64,000 bases of DNA from Eledone cirrhosa (Eukaryota): positions 50,716,001 to 50,780,000 of the forward strand of contig OZ024749.1 of the NCBI GenBank assembly GCA_964016885.1, given 5' to 3'. A program made the position numbers and the translations under genes. The notes under the pieces are model-generated. The model ran no database searches, was not told the DNA's origin, and saw only the letters and a program-made list of their open reading frames with translations. Below, in pieces: positions 12,584 through 26,162 of the stretch. Positions within the stretch are counted from its first letter, which is position 1. Every line of letters starts with the position of its first letter.

Positions 12584-12872
12584 GATGGCTGGCCCCTCGT
12601 TATCGAGTATGGCCATTACACGATATACCATTATTAATAATTATTAATTAATTCTATCGTGCAATGCCTGTGCGTGAAGATATTTTTTAAAGTGAGGAAA
12701 GACTGTGCACTGAGCCAATCCGACTCTCTGAGCGACAGTAGCTATAACCCGAAAAGAAGAAAAGATCCACATCATCGGTAACTACTGAGCCGCAGGTTTT
12801 ATATCGGAGTTATCACAGTTTCCTGAGTTGCCTTCTCGTAGAAGAATGCCCTGACAAAGGCTAGGGGTCCTT
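12584..12872 (-). mobile_element. Degenerate interspersed repeat, partly related to family G
   Basis: gcaggttttatatcggagtt..gccttctc..gccctgacaaaggctagggg resembles 63860-63920 (gtaggtgttatatcagagttttccttctcc..gccttgacaaaggctaaggg). Confidence 0.45.
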
Positions 12873-12997
12873 CACATACATACATACATACATACATACA
12901 TACATACATACATACATACATACATACATACATACATACATTCATCTATATGCTTATGTGTTCGTCTATAGGCACCTTAGCCTGTTATATATAGGAT

Positions 12998-13045
12998 GAA
13001 AGCAGCGATTCTTTGCTTAAACTTTAATCTCTTATTTTAATAAAT
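12998..13045 (+). mobile_element. Family F terminal fragment (also 21398-21462 +, 36186-36285 -, 56834-56870 +)
   Basis: Repeated (gaaagcagc)gattctttgcttaaactttaatct.ttattttaat, always running into (TA)n. Confidence 0.7.
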
Positions 13046-13060
13046 ATATATATGTATATA

Positions 13061-13190
13061 TAACGAAGGAAATGTGGTAAGGAACCAGGTGGACCATAAC
13101 GCACCAAAGTACTCAATACTTGGGGTAGTAGAGTGGGTAATAGGAACCAGTAAGACCCCGACAGCTGAGCTCAAGCCGTTTTGACGGCTA
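13061..13190 (+). mobile_element. Family A element, only the first hairpin arm retained
   Basis: Conserved head plus gaccccgacagctgagctcaagccgttttgacggc, then (TA)n. Confidence 0.8.
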
Positions 13191-13798
13191 ATATATATAT
13201 ATATATATACATATATATATGTATATATATAACAGGGTCACGTGCCTATAGACGCCCAAACGTAAGCATATATATATATATACATGTGCATATATATATA
13301 TATACATGTGCATGTATGTGTACGTGTCTTTGTCTGTATGTATAATTCAAATTAATTTTCAAGCAAGCAAGCTAGCTTTTTCTGAAGAATTGTTATCACA
13401 CATAACGAGGATATTAAAATATCATCCTTCATGTAGTCAATGAACGTTAGTTGTAATAAAGTTGGATTCAGGTTAGAAAATATGTTAGACGTCGTTGTGT
13501 TTCATCTAATGTACGAGTTATAATTTAAAATTAGATATGTTACAATATGTTTTAGAAGAAATATATTCGCGAATAGCACAACTAAGTGTAGTCTTCAGAT
13601 CTTAATTCAAGGTGTGATAAAATTTAATTAAACTTTCAGTTTAGTAGAAACGTACTATTATTATTTGGTTTATATATTCGAATAAATATGAATTTTAAGA
13701 TTCGAAAGATCAAAGATACTTTCTTGTTTATATATTCTGAAAATAAGCAAGCAACCATTTATCACACACACAGAATCACACAAACGCAAACACACACG

Positions 13799-13832
<34 letters not shown>

Positions 13833-13962
13833 CGTGTATGTATGTAGATATGTATATATATATATATATGTGTGTGTGTGTCTGTAAATATATATATATT
13901 TATATATATTTATATATATTTATATATATTTATATATACATATATATGAATCTATCTTTCAT

Positions 13963-14021
<59 letters not shown>

Positions 14022-14055
14022 ATGTATGTGTATATATATATATGTGCGTATGTGC

Positions 14056-14106
<51 letters not shown>

Positions 14107-14171
14107 CAAACGCACATATATATATATGTATATACATATGTATATATATGTCTATATATATATATACACAA

Positions 14172-14212
<41 letters not shown>

Positions 14213-14237
14213 TATATATATATATATATATACACAA

Positions 14238-14290
<53 letters not shown>

Positions 14291-14320
14291 TATATATATA
14301 TATATACACAAATATTTATA

Positions 14321-14386
<66 letters not shown>

Positions 14387-14407
14387 TATATATATATATA
14401 TACACAA

Positions 14408-14470
<63 letters not shown>

Positions 14471-14491
14471 TATATATATATATATACACAA

Positions 14492-14530
<39 letters not shown>

Positions 14531-14532
14531 AA

Positions 14533-14609
<77 letters not shown>

Positions 14610-14849
14610 GCGTGTGTTCTGTGTATGTGTGTGTTGTTATTATCTGTAAGTCAATCTAATGAACCATTTTGACGAACAATTTCTATTTCATTTCTTTCAT
14701 ATAAATATATTTTCTATCCAGTAGTAATTATATACTATTATTCATATATAATTATGTATGTCTAGATGAATATACGCGTGAAGTACTGTATGTGTTTGTA
14801 TCGTAATAAACAGTGTGCGTATGCCTATATTTCGTTGTGCGTTTTACAA

Positions 14850-15208
14850 TTATAACGCCTAAAAAATCGTATCGCCGGAGCTTTCAGAGCGTGGGGCCAT
14901 ATATACATTTAGTGCCCTGCTCTGTAATTAAAAAGCCTTATACGCCAGGGTTGTTTCTACACCTCCAAGAAGATAGTTTAGTCGGTTGGAGCCGGTGATA
15001 TAGTTAGTAGGTCTGGGGGTTATTTGTAGCAAAGTTTTTACCATCTTGTTCGCGGACCTAGCTGGCTGTCGGGTCCTGAATCTTTTCATATTGCTCATTC
15101 TACTACCACAAGTATCGAATACTCTGATGCGTTATGGACCACCTGGTGTTTACCACACCCTCTCTGTTCTCTCTCTATATATATATACACAGATATATAT
15201 ATATCTAG

Positions 15209-15280
<72 letters not shown>

Positions 15281-15295
15281 AAATATAATATAATG

Positions 15296-15353
<58 letters not shown>

Positions 15354-15429
15354 TTATATACACATATAATTATATACACATATAATTATATATATATATA
15401 TACACATATACATATATATATATATACAC

Positions 15430-15461
<32 letters not shown>

Positions 15462-15935
15462 ACATATATATATATACATATACAGGTATTAAAAACACCT
15501 TACAGAGATTCAGAGAGACACCAGACACGAACTCAAAGGAACGTCTATGTGTTTGTTATCTCTACTGGCTAGAAATCACACCTTCCTGTCTTAGTGATGG
15601 ATTGGCTGTACCTGTAGAGCGTCAGGTAAATAAAGAAAATATATGTATTAATTGTTACAATGATACGCAACAAAATAAAAGACCAAAATTCCACACCCTT
15701 TATGGAATAGCATATCTCAGCTATGTCCCGCGAACAAAATGGCAAAAACTTTGCTACAAATAACACCCAGACAAACTAACTATACCACCGACTCCAACCG
15801 ACGAAACTATCTCCTTGGAGATGTCGAAACAACCCTAGCGTATAACGCGTTTTAATTAAGGTGGAGGGCACTAAATGTATATATGGCCCCAGACTCTGAA
15901 AGCTCCGGCTATACGATTTTTCAGGCGTTTTATAA
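14850..15935. mobile_element. Diverged ~215-bp inverted repeats (14850-15065 / 15715-15935): old MITE or old fold-back, with nested repeats
   Basis: gccggagctttcagag..ggggccatatatacatttagtgccct..tagcaaagttttt..ttgttcgcgg is mirrored by ccgcgaacaa..aaaaactttgcta..agggcactaaatgtatatatggcccc..ctctgaaagctccggc. Confidence 0.75.
15060..15170 (-). mobile_element. Degenerate family A copy
   Basis: ctactaccacaagtatcgaatactctgatgcgttatggaccacctggtgtttaccaca is the antisense of the family A head. Confidence 0.7.
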
Positions 15936-16752
15936 CGATATAACGATCGCATTTCCCGAAATTCTTCTTCCTTCTAAAATATGAGTCTGCGTGTGCCTTG
16001 TCAAAATTCTGAAAGAAATCATTGATATAAAACTTTTCTAACACTACATTAGATAAAACAAACTGTTTGTACAATTTGTATTCAGGAAAATGATGTTATG
16101 CGCTCATGCAGCTATCTTGGGAAATAACAATATATTTTATACGAAGAACATGCAAGCAATGATTCTATGGAGATATGATGGATGATATGAATACTTTATA
16201 AGAATACGTATGAATAGATCCACAGGATATAGCAATATCGTAGATTATCGTCATTGAAATAATGCTCCAAGACCTAACATATATAATGTAAGATTTTTTT
16301 TTTTTTCCCATGTGTCATGGCTGAAATATCTTGTGGTAATATATAATAGCGGTCATATCGATGCGCAGGAAGTAATCTGTTGACTGAGCATAGATGTCAA
16401 CATTTAATATCGTTTCTTTCACTACACTTTTGTGAAAAGCATGAATAGCACGACGTCAACATTTCCTTCTCGTTTCTAGACCATTCTATCGAAGAATTGA
16501 CAGAAACCTACAAAAGATGAAAAAATATATTTATTGATTTTACTGGTACATGCGATAAAACGTTGGTCCATTTATGTTAGTAAGGAGAGAGTTGATGACA
16601 AAATCGATAGGCTAACAGATAACCAGTTGAGAGATCAGGGGTTAGCCTTTCCACACGATTCTATTGTAGAGTCATCCAACAGTAAAATGGTTCTTTTATA
16701 ATCGTAATGATTTAGCAACATTATGCATATTCATAATAAAAACCCACATAAC

Positions 16753-17066
16753 TGGCACTTCGTCGGTTACGACGAGGAGAGTTCTAGTTGATTCGATCAA
16801 CGGGACAGTAAGCTCGTGAAATTAACGTGCAGGTAGCTGAGCATTCGACTGTGACGTGGGCTCATCAAATAGTTCTCAGGGAGATTCAGCATGACACAAA
16901 ATGTGACAAGGCTAACCCTTCGAATTATAAGTACAACTTATTTTTCCGGCTGAGCGCGCTGGAGCAACGTAAAATGAAGTGTCTTGCTCAAGGACACAAC
17001 ACGTCACCGAGAATTGGACTAATGACTTTAAGATCGTTAGGCGAATACCTAACCACTAGGTCACGG
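16753..17066 (-). mobile_element. SINE family 2, near full length
   Basis: Antisense tRNA-like head (gtgacctagtggttaggtattcgcc), CORE-like gtgttgtgtccttgagcaagacactt, and a long 3' body shared with 37710-38005. Confidence 0.8.
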
Positions 17067-17468
17067 GATAACAAGTCACACGGAATAATTTACTGACAAC
17101 CTAGTTATATGATGATTTCTAACATAATATATTTGAAAAAGTTAGGTTCTAAATTGGAAAACTCGGTAAAGAGGTGGACAGTATATATATCGTCCTTGTG
17201 TTTATGTTTGTGTTTTTCTTACGTTTTCTAAATAATATTTATTAGTAACCACACAGCACCTTTGTCACTTTTTAATATATATATATATATATTCAGTAAT
17301 TAGGAATATTCCAAAGCTTGGTAGAACAAGTTGTGAGGAAAGTTATCAACATACGTTAAGGTGACTCAACAGGTTGGTAGGGATTCTGTGGTGGAAACAC
17401 GAACAAACGAGGAGTGTAATCCAAAAAGAGAAATAGGACGAAGGTAAACACTTACATATATATATATA

Positions 17469-17513
<45 letters not shown>

Positions 17514-17565
17514 ACACGCATATATATATATGTATATATACACACACACACATATATATATATAT

Positions 17566-17626
17566 TTTCATTCTGATGATTGAAAGCAAAATTTGTTTGC
17601 TTTTAAGAAACCACTGGTAAATGAAA
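17566..17626 (+). ncRNA. Type I hammerhead ribozyme (canonical core)
   Basis: tttcatt-CTGATGA-ttgaaagcaaa-atttg-tttgcttttaa-GAAA-ccactgg-TA-aatgaaa; 7-bp helix I, 11-bp helix II, cca/tgg helix III, GUA cleavage triplet. Confidence 0.85.
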
Positions 17627-17722
17627 TAATTGCCTTATGTTGTTTATTACATAACTATTAAGCTCTGTAACCTACATAGAGCACTCTTTTTTCCTGGACC
17701 TTTCCGACGGAATTACTTCATT

Positions 17723-17777
<55 letters not shown>

Positions 17778-17781
<4 letters not shown>

Positions 17782-17826
17782 AGAGAATCAGAACCCCGAC
17801 GGCTGCTCTCCGGCCGTTTCGACACC
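17778..17826 (+). mobile_element. Family A hairpin-arm fragment
   Basis: (TA)n-gggagagaatcagaaccccgacggctgctctccggccgtttcgac. Confidence 0.6.
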
Positions 17827-18324
17827 TTTTGCACTTCACTTTGCATATTTAATCGTTGGTAGCTTCTGTGATGACACAAAAATGAACTGAATAAATATTT
17901 AAATTCTTGAATGAATGCTCAAATTGTGTTATATGTGTACATCTATCTATGAAAAATAGAACTTAAGCAAGAATTAATGCTATTTTCCTTTTTTTAAATT
18001 ACATTCATTTCAATTTGTTTTTGTTGTTTCCGTTAGAAAACATATGGTAGATGAATAAAATACCTTAATTTTTTTTTCATTCTTTTTCTACATTTTGTTA
18101 TAAATATTCGTCCTATCAATACATTCATACGGCTCCTCGGATTAATTTAAATGAAGCTTGTTTCTTAAACAATTTCACGGATTAAACCAACCATCAGATG
18201 ATTCTTCTTATCTAAAGAATGTGGGATTACATTGCGCTTCACATTATATTGTACATAGCTTTATCTATCTGAATATTTTACACTTGAAAATATATACGTA
18301 GTCATACACATACACAGGCATGAT

Positions 18325-18356
<32 letters not shown>

Positions 18357-18490
18357 AATGTGTGTGTGTGTGTGTGTGTGTATTTATATACATGTGTGTA
18401 TATGTATGTATACATGTATGTATTTACATAAATATATATATATATGCATACACACATATACAGATATATAAATACACATACACACACACA

Positions 18491-18528
<38 letters not shown>

Positions 18529-19307
18529 TATATATGTGTGTGTGTGTGTATATATATGCATATGTGAATATGTATGTATGCATGTATGTATTTACATAAA
18601 TATATATATATATATGCATACACACATATACAGATATATAAATACACACACACACACTAATATATATATAAATATATAAATAAATAAATATATATATATA
18701 TATGTATGTATATATGTGTGTGTGTATCTCTGTGTGCCTGTGTCTGTATATATGAACATGTACATGTGTGTGTGTGTGTGTGTCTGTGTGTATGTGTGTG
18801 GGCATGTACGTGTGTGTGTGTGTTGCTAACACTGAGTCTTATGAACGTTCGGTATAATATTTTAATGTGGATTTGTACGAGTTTCTCTACGTATTTATTG
18901 TTCGTTCATGGAAATCTGAACAAGAATAAATGTTTGAAATGTTCATATTGGTTATAGAGCGAAGAACATTAAGTTGTGTAATTATTGACAAAATTACACT
19001 AGTCACAGATAAACGTCATATAAATACCATACAGTGTTAAATGCACAAATTATATTAGTTCTATCTTCTCTCTATGCTTTCGATGATACACAGAAGTTTA
19101 TTCAACTCACGTTTCCAATCAAGCTTCTCTTCTCCATATTCTGAATTAATTTATATAACAAAAGTGATACATGTAAACTAGCTATGTTTAATTACCATCT
19201 CCTCCTCCATGTCGTCCATCTTGTACAGTCGTACACTCGTAGTGACATATGACATATAGTGTTGAGAAAATATCACGGTTCAACAAATACAGGTTATTTC
19301 TAGAGGG

Positions 19308-19347
<40 letters not shown>

Positions 19348-19351
19348 GGTA

Positions 19352-19385
<34 letters not shown>

Positions 19386-19386
19386 C

Positions 19387-19554
<168 letters not shown>

Positions 19555-19616
19555 GAGTTACGGTACCTTACCCTATAATACTTTACTTTCAAAACTTAAA
19601 AATTGTAGTCTGTAGA

Positions 19617-20205
19617 TATGGCAGTATCGGTAGAGGGTCGGACGCCATGCTTTCCAGCATAGTTACGTACCTTTATGATCTGAGTTCAAATCCCGCCGAG
19701 GTTGACTTTGCCTTTCATCCTTACAGGGTCGATAAAATAAAGTACCAGTAATGCACTGGGTAATTGCTGGCCTTGTGCCTAAAGTAGAAACAATTATTAT
19801 AGGACAGAATCGGTAAAGCGTCGGACAACATGCTTTGTAGAAGAGATTTACGGTCCTTTATGTTCTGAGTTCAAATCCCGCGTGGTTAGCTTCGCCTTTT
19901 ATCCTTACAGGGTCGATAAAATAAAGCACCGGTAATGCACTGGTGTCGATTTCATCGACTTCCCCCTCTTCCCAAATTGTTGACCTTGTGCCTCTAGCTG
20001 AAATCATTATTATAGGACAGTGGGCGATGGATTGGCAGTATCGGTAGAGAGTCGGACACCATGCTTTGAAGCATAGAGTTACGTCCCTTTATGATCTGAG
20101 TTCAAATCCCGCCGAGGTTAAATTTGCCTTTCATCTTTACGGGGTCGATAAAATAAAGTACCAGTAATGTACTGGCCTTGTGCTAAAAGTAGAAACAATT
20201 ATTAT
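19617..20205 (+). mobile_element. Three SINE family 1 copies head-to-tail
   Basis: Three gagttcaaatccc B-boxes, each followed by the conserved body and tail. Confidence 0.85.
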
Positions 20206-20983
20206 AGGACAGAATGCCCAACTGTCAATCTTAAAATGTTTCGACAACAAGATTGTTTGTCCTATCCACAGCCAACTCTTTGTCTACCGTAATTTGATAA
20301 ACAAGATAAATGATTTCATACATTGGATAAGTGAAGTGGGTAACAACAATAAAACCAAAGCAAAAATAAAAATCATAACAAAAATAAAATCAAAATGGAA
20401 CAATCAAAGGCTTAATAAACGGCTTTCTAAAATCATCCCTGTACTTAAAAGTTTATTTTCATAGAAGCAAGAGTAGAGGGTAGATAGTCTTGGTTTTTTT
20501 TTTTTTCGTTTTTTGGGGTTTTTTTTTTGGGGGGGGGGGGGGTTGTCTGTGTGTTTGTGTATTTTTTTTTTAATGGTCACAAATCAAATAAAATCTGTAT
20601 TTTATGAGTCTGAAGCGCTATGATGATAGAGTGCTAATGAAGGTACGTCTCCTGTGCTGGCTACTGTATGTATCTGTCTTAATTCTGCTTGTGTTTCATT
20701 CAGCTGTCAATGTCTTTTGATTAATGTTAGTACAAAAAAAAACACTATATGTAGATATATATTTTTTTGTAGATGTTGTGTTTTGAGGTTGGGTTAGTGA
20801 TGTATAATGATGCATACGTTTATAGTGCTTCGTAGATTACTTATGCCATTGTAAGCTTTCCAATTCATTTCTCCAAAGGACATATAGCTCGTTCCCTGTA
20901 TAGATGTACTTTCGCTGATGTTAACCTATAAGATATGATTTATTTTACTCTCGACGGTTTACGTTTGACCGTCGAGCACTTAT

Positions 20984-21210
20984 CCTATATATATACATAT
21001 ATATAAAACTGAAATTGTCTGTGTGTGTGTGTCCTAATTTTTGCAAAGTCTATTCAAATCCACATTTCTACTCCGATTGACTTCAAACTTGCATATATAT
21101 ATTCCTTGCGGTCTAAAGATATTAATTGTAGCTATTATTTTTAAATGTTCTGTTGTTAAAGGGGTGTAAGCCGCCGGTTAGCGATCTCTTTCTCTCTCTC
21201 TTTCTTAGTC
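20984..21210 (+). mobile_element. Possible non-autonomous Helitron-like element
   Basis: TC start + tatataaaactgaaattgtctgtgtgtg, internal ccgattgacttcaaacttg, and GC-rich gccgccgg before ..ttagt; this layout resembles invertebrate non-autonomous Helitrons; single copy here. Confidence 0.35.
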
Positions 21211-21465
21211 TGTCTTTTTAGATAGATACATAGCTATAACGTCAGGCTCTTATAATTTCTGTCTGTATGTCTGGCTGTCTGCATTACGACATTATGAAAA
21301 CATTGTTCTCATTGCTGACGTATTATCTTCGGTATTTTCCGTTCATTGCCAGGGAACGTCTTTATTTACTTCTGCGTTCACAGATTGATTTTTTTAGTTT
21401 CAGAAGATCCTTTAAGGGTGAAAGCAGCGATTCTTTGCTTAAACTTTAATCTGTTATTTTAATAC

Positions 21466-21496
<31 letters not shown>

Positions 21497-21822
21497 ATTA
21501 TCTATTCGTGTACAGATATTTTTGCACACACAAAAACAAAATATAAGCAAACGTATTTATTTCACGAAAGCACAGACGGCTTATCGTCATTGTTACTGCC
21601 GAGATGCCACCCAAAATGTCCCCCTACTTTTGGCACAAGGCCAGCAATTACATAGTCAACGGTTCGGAAATCACATGCATCACTGACGAGTTTACTCCTT
21701 ACTCTACCAGTTAGTCTTAGTGTACTTCTAATGATATATATATATATATATAGGCATATACATACATACACACACACATACATACATAGATACATACATA
21801 CATACATACATACATACATACA

Positions 21823-21854
<32 letters not shown>

Positions 21855-21918
21855 CATACATACATACATATACATACATACATACATACATGCATACATA
21901 CATACATACATACATACA

Positions 21919-21951
<33 letters not shown>

Positions 21952-22020
21952 CCGTCTCTTTGTAGAGTGTTTGAATATTTGTGTGTGTGTGTGTGTTTGT
22001 GCGAGTATGTGTGTGTGTAT

Positions 22021-22051
<31 letters not shown>

Positions 22052-22149
22052 CAACGTTATAAATAGTAATCAATATGTACTGTTCCGCATTCATGAAGGA
22101 ATTTAAATAAGGATTCACACTTTCCCCTCTGCTTTCCAATATCTACAAC

Positions 22150-22720
22150 AGACGTAGGTTTTCGGTAATATGAAAGCAGTTAAAATAGCTGAGAGAGAAT
22201 AAAGAATCTAGGAAGATATAGGAATTGCATAACCTAGTTGACAGCAAATGAAGCCAGCCTGAAATGATTGCTGCAAAAATTAAGAGCAGATATTGACGAG
22301 GGCAGATTGAAAGCAAACATGAAAGAAGGCGGAGGTTATCCCAACTTCAAAGTTAAAGGATTTTAAGATTTGATATCAAACGATGGATGTAGTGAAAGAG
22401 ATGAATGAAGTTCCTTAGATGCAAAATGGAAAGAAATGGGAGACGATGAAATGAAATTAAAAGTTGGATAGTTATTGGAAAGCTTATTATGGTGGGACTA
22501 TGGAAAAGTATGAAAGATAAAGGAGCTTCGCAAAGAACAAAGAAGAGATAGTTAAAAATCAATAGTATATAAAATGATGATATATGGACAATTAACAAAC
22601 AAGATAGACGGAAAATTGATGCATTCAAAATGTAGTGATGAAGAAAAGTATTTACAATATCATAGATGGAGAGAAGAGTAAACGGATCAATACGACAGGA
22701 AGTATAGATACGAGTACTTC
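22150..22720 (+). pseudogene. Degraded RTE/BovB-type LINE reverse transcriptase fragment
   Basis: 22605-22705 translates DRRKIDAFKM***RKVFTIS*MERRVNGSIRQEV, matching the RTE-type motif KIDAFEMWCWRR.L.ISW..R.TN..I. Confidence 0.6.
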
Positions 22721-22744
22721 AGTAGTATTGATTAAACTTTCTCT

Positions 22745-22776
<32 letters not shown>

Positions 22777-23184
22777 CGCGTTTCAAGAATGGCTTGCATG
22801 CTGAAGAACATTATGTCATGAAAAACTGAAGGTTCAATGGAAAAGAAGCACGACCCCGCATGCATGGGATAAATGAGGTGAAGCACGTAAATCGTTTGAC
22901 TCCCCTGAATCAGATACAGACGTATATGAAGAATAGAAAATAATGTATCTATGCGAGCTCCATAAGTCTAACAGGGCTCGAAAACACTTATGATACCTAT
23001 GCATATATACATATATATATATATACACACACGCCCACATATATATATATATATTTATATATATATACACACACTGCTGATATGCAAATCTGGCTGATCA
23101 CTGGGTCTGCTAATATGCAAATCAGGCTGATCAGTCACTGTATATTTTAGAAAATAGCATATATTTTCACTAACTCTGAGCATT

Positions 23185-23260
23185 GGCAGGTAAACAGTGA
23201 GCTGTACTGATGAAGGGTGATACCCAGAAACATTAGTGTCTGCAGTTCTGTTTACATGCC
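23185..23260 (+). ncRNA. Type I hammerhead ribozyme with extended helix I
   Basis: ggcagg-taaacag-t-gagctgta-CTGATGA-a-gggt-gat-accc-a-GAAA-cattagtg-TC-tgcagttc-tgtttac-atgcc; GUC cleavage triplet at 23238-23240. Confidence 0.85.
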
Positions 23261-23367
23261 AACACAAGAGCAAGAATGGAAGGTTCATTCTACTAATATG
23301 GCTTTAAAAATGAGGCGTGTTTGCATAATGTAAACGAATCGAATGTTATTAATATATACATTGCGTG

Positions 23368-23945
23368 ACTGGTACTTTATTTTATCGACCCTGTAAGGAT
23401 GAAAGGTAAAGTGAACCTCGGTTGGATTTGAACTCAGATCATAAAGAGCCGTAACTCTATGCTGTAAAGCATGGCGTCCGACCCTCTACCGATACTGCTA
23501 ATCTACCACCTTGTAGATACACCCCCGGCTAAATATGATAACTGTTTCTACTTTTAGCGCAAGGCCAGCAATTACCCAGTGCATTACTGGTACTTTATTT
23601 TATCGACCCTGTAAGGATGAAAGGCAAAGTGAACCTCGGCTGGATTTGAACTCAGATCATAAAGAGCCGTAACTCTATGCTGTAAAGCATGGCGTCCGAC
23701 CCTCTACCGATACTGCTAATCTACCACCTTGTAGATACACCCCCGGCTAAATATGATAACTGTTTCTACTTTTAGCGCAAGGCCAGCAATTACCCAGTGC
23801 ATTACTGGTACTTTATTTTATCGACCCTGTAAGGATGAAAGGCAAAGTTAACCTCGGCGGGATTTGAACTCAGAATGGCAAGGGCCGTAACTCTATCCGT
23901 CAAAGCATGGCGTCCGACCCTCTACCGATACTGCCAATCCACCAA
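23368..23945 (-). mobile_element. SINE family 1 array with an exact 218-bp period (recent tandem duplication)
   Basis: actggtactttattttatcgaccctgtaagg at 23368, 23586 and 23804; the non-SINE spacer ccttgtagatacacccccggctaaatatg is also duplicated. Confidence 0.9.
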
Positions 23946-24372
23946 CAGAAGATAGACTTTAACGTTTCGACAGGAATCACAAGGAAAACGACAGATAATG
24001 ATAGCATACGAACCACAGAATGTTCCCTACTGAAGGCCACATACAGTTATAAAAGACAAATCATAAAGTGAAATAAAAGAAAACGTGTAAGGAAGAAAAT
24101 AAAGAGACATGAATAAAATCGTTCGAACGGCGTTCCCTGAACTGAAATGAATATGTGATAGTAGAGAGAAAATTAAACTGTTTGTGTACCAGGTGAAGTT
24201 AGGCTGAATAAGCACAGCGTGCTAGAAAGGAATGAGGTACGACTGAAGAATGAAGCGAGACAAAGTTAGATGCACTTGGGTATCGTCAAATTGCATCGAA
24301 ATTGTGATGATCCACAGTACACAGCTGACGATAAAGGGAGATTACTGTTTAACCGTTTTACTCATATATTTT

Positions 24373-24496
<124 letters not shown>

Positions 24497-24667
24497 TATA
24501 GAAAGAGAGAGAAAAGAAGATACATACATAAATAGCTATAGATACAAACTAGATATTTCGATATACATATACGCTCACGCACTCACACACACTCACACAC
24601 ACACACGCCGCACAAACACATTTACACATACGCACACAGACACACATAGACACACACGCATACAGAG

Positions 24668-24767
<100 letters not shown>

Positions 24768-25329
24768 ACGTATGTACTTGGGTATAAATATACATATAAT
24801 GTGTTTGTATGTTTGCATACGTAGGTGTATGCGTGTGTGTGGCTATATCTGTTTGTGTGTGTCTATGTCTATATCTATATCCATTTGTTTACGTCTATAT
24901 CCCTATATCCATGTGTGTGTTTTGTGTATGAATTTAGCTAACATGATTACAGTCTTTTAACTACGCATCGTAACGTAATAATATAAACATTAAAAGCACT
25001 TTATGGAAACAAAGCTATAGCATTATATAGCATCATATAGCATTATACAGTATTATATAGTATTATATAATAGTATGTAACATTATATGAGTAATTGTTC
25101 AATCAGGCCTCTTTCTTCTACTATCAGGCATTCTCTACGAGGCTCTAAAATCAGGAATAACATTGTAGAGTTCAGCATCAATGAAGTCATTTATTTATTC
25201 AATTAAGTGTTCTTTTAGAGTTACTGTTTGGTTTGGTTTGGTTTTCTGATTTTGTCATAACTAACGTTCGGTGAAAGTCTGAAATCCGTGCGTCGTAGTG
25301 AAATTAATGAGGCATACGCTTTCTTTCGT

Positions 25330-25740
<411 letters not shown>

Positions 25741-26010
25741 GGAAAACAGAAGCCCAATCTTCTTCAAATGAATTTTACATTTGATTAGTCTTCGTGAAAC
25801 GAATTGTTGTGTGTGTGTGGGTTTGGTTGTATGTGTGTGTGTATTTGTGTGGTACTGTGTGTGTCGATCTGTTTGTGTGTGCCTCTGTGTAGATGTTTGT
25901 GTGTCTGTAGTGTGTGTGCGGCTGTGCAGTTCTTTATGAGACTATGTAAATATGTGTGTATGTGATGTGTATATATATATATATATATATATTTCTCTCT
26001 CTCTCTCTCT

Positions 26011-26043
<33 letters not shown>

Positions 26044-26115
26044 TTAAAACAGAAAACAAAAACAATAACGAAGCGTGCAGTACAAAGCGTTAGTATTAGG
26101 TTGACGCTTAAGAGT

Positions 26116-26162
<47 letters not shown>

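Noticed and set aside
13688-14672. Long YIYI-type ORFs (323 aa and the many similar ORFs across the window)
   Set aside because: They are translations of (TA)n/(CA)n microsatellites, which lack stop codons in several frames on both strands.
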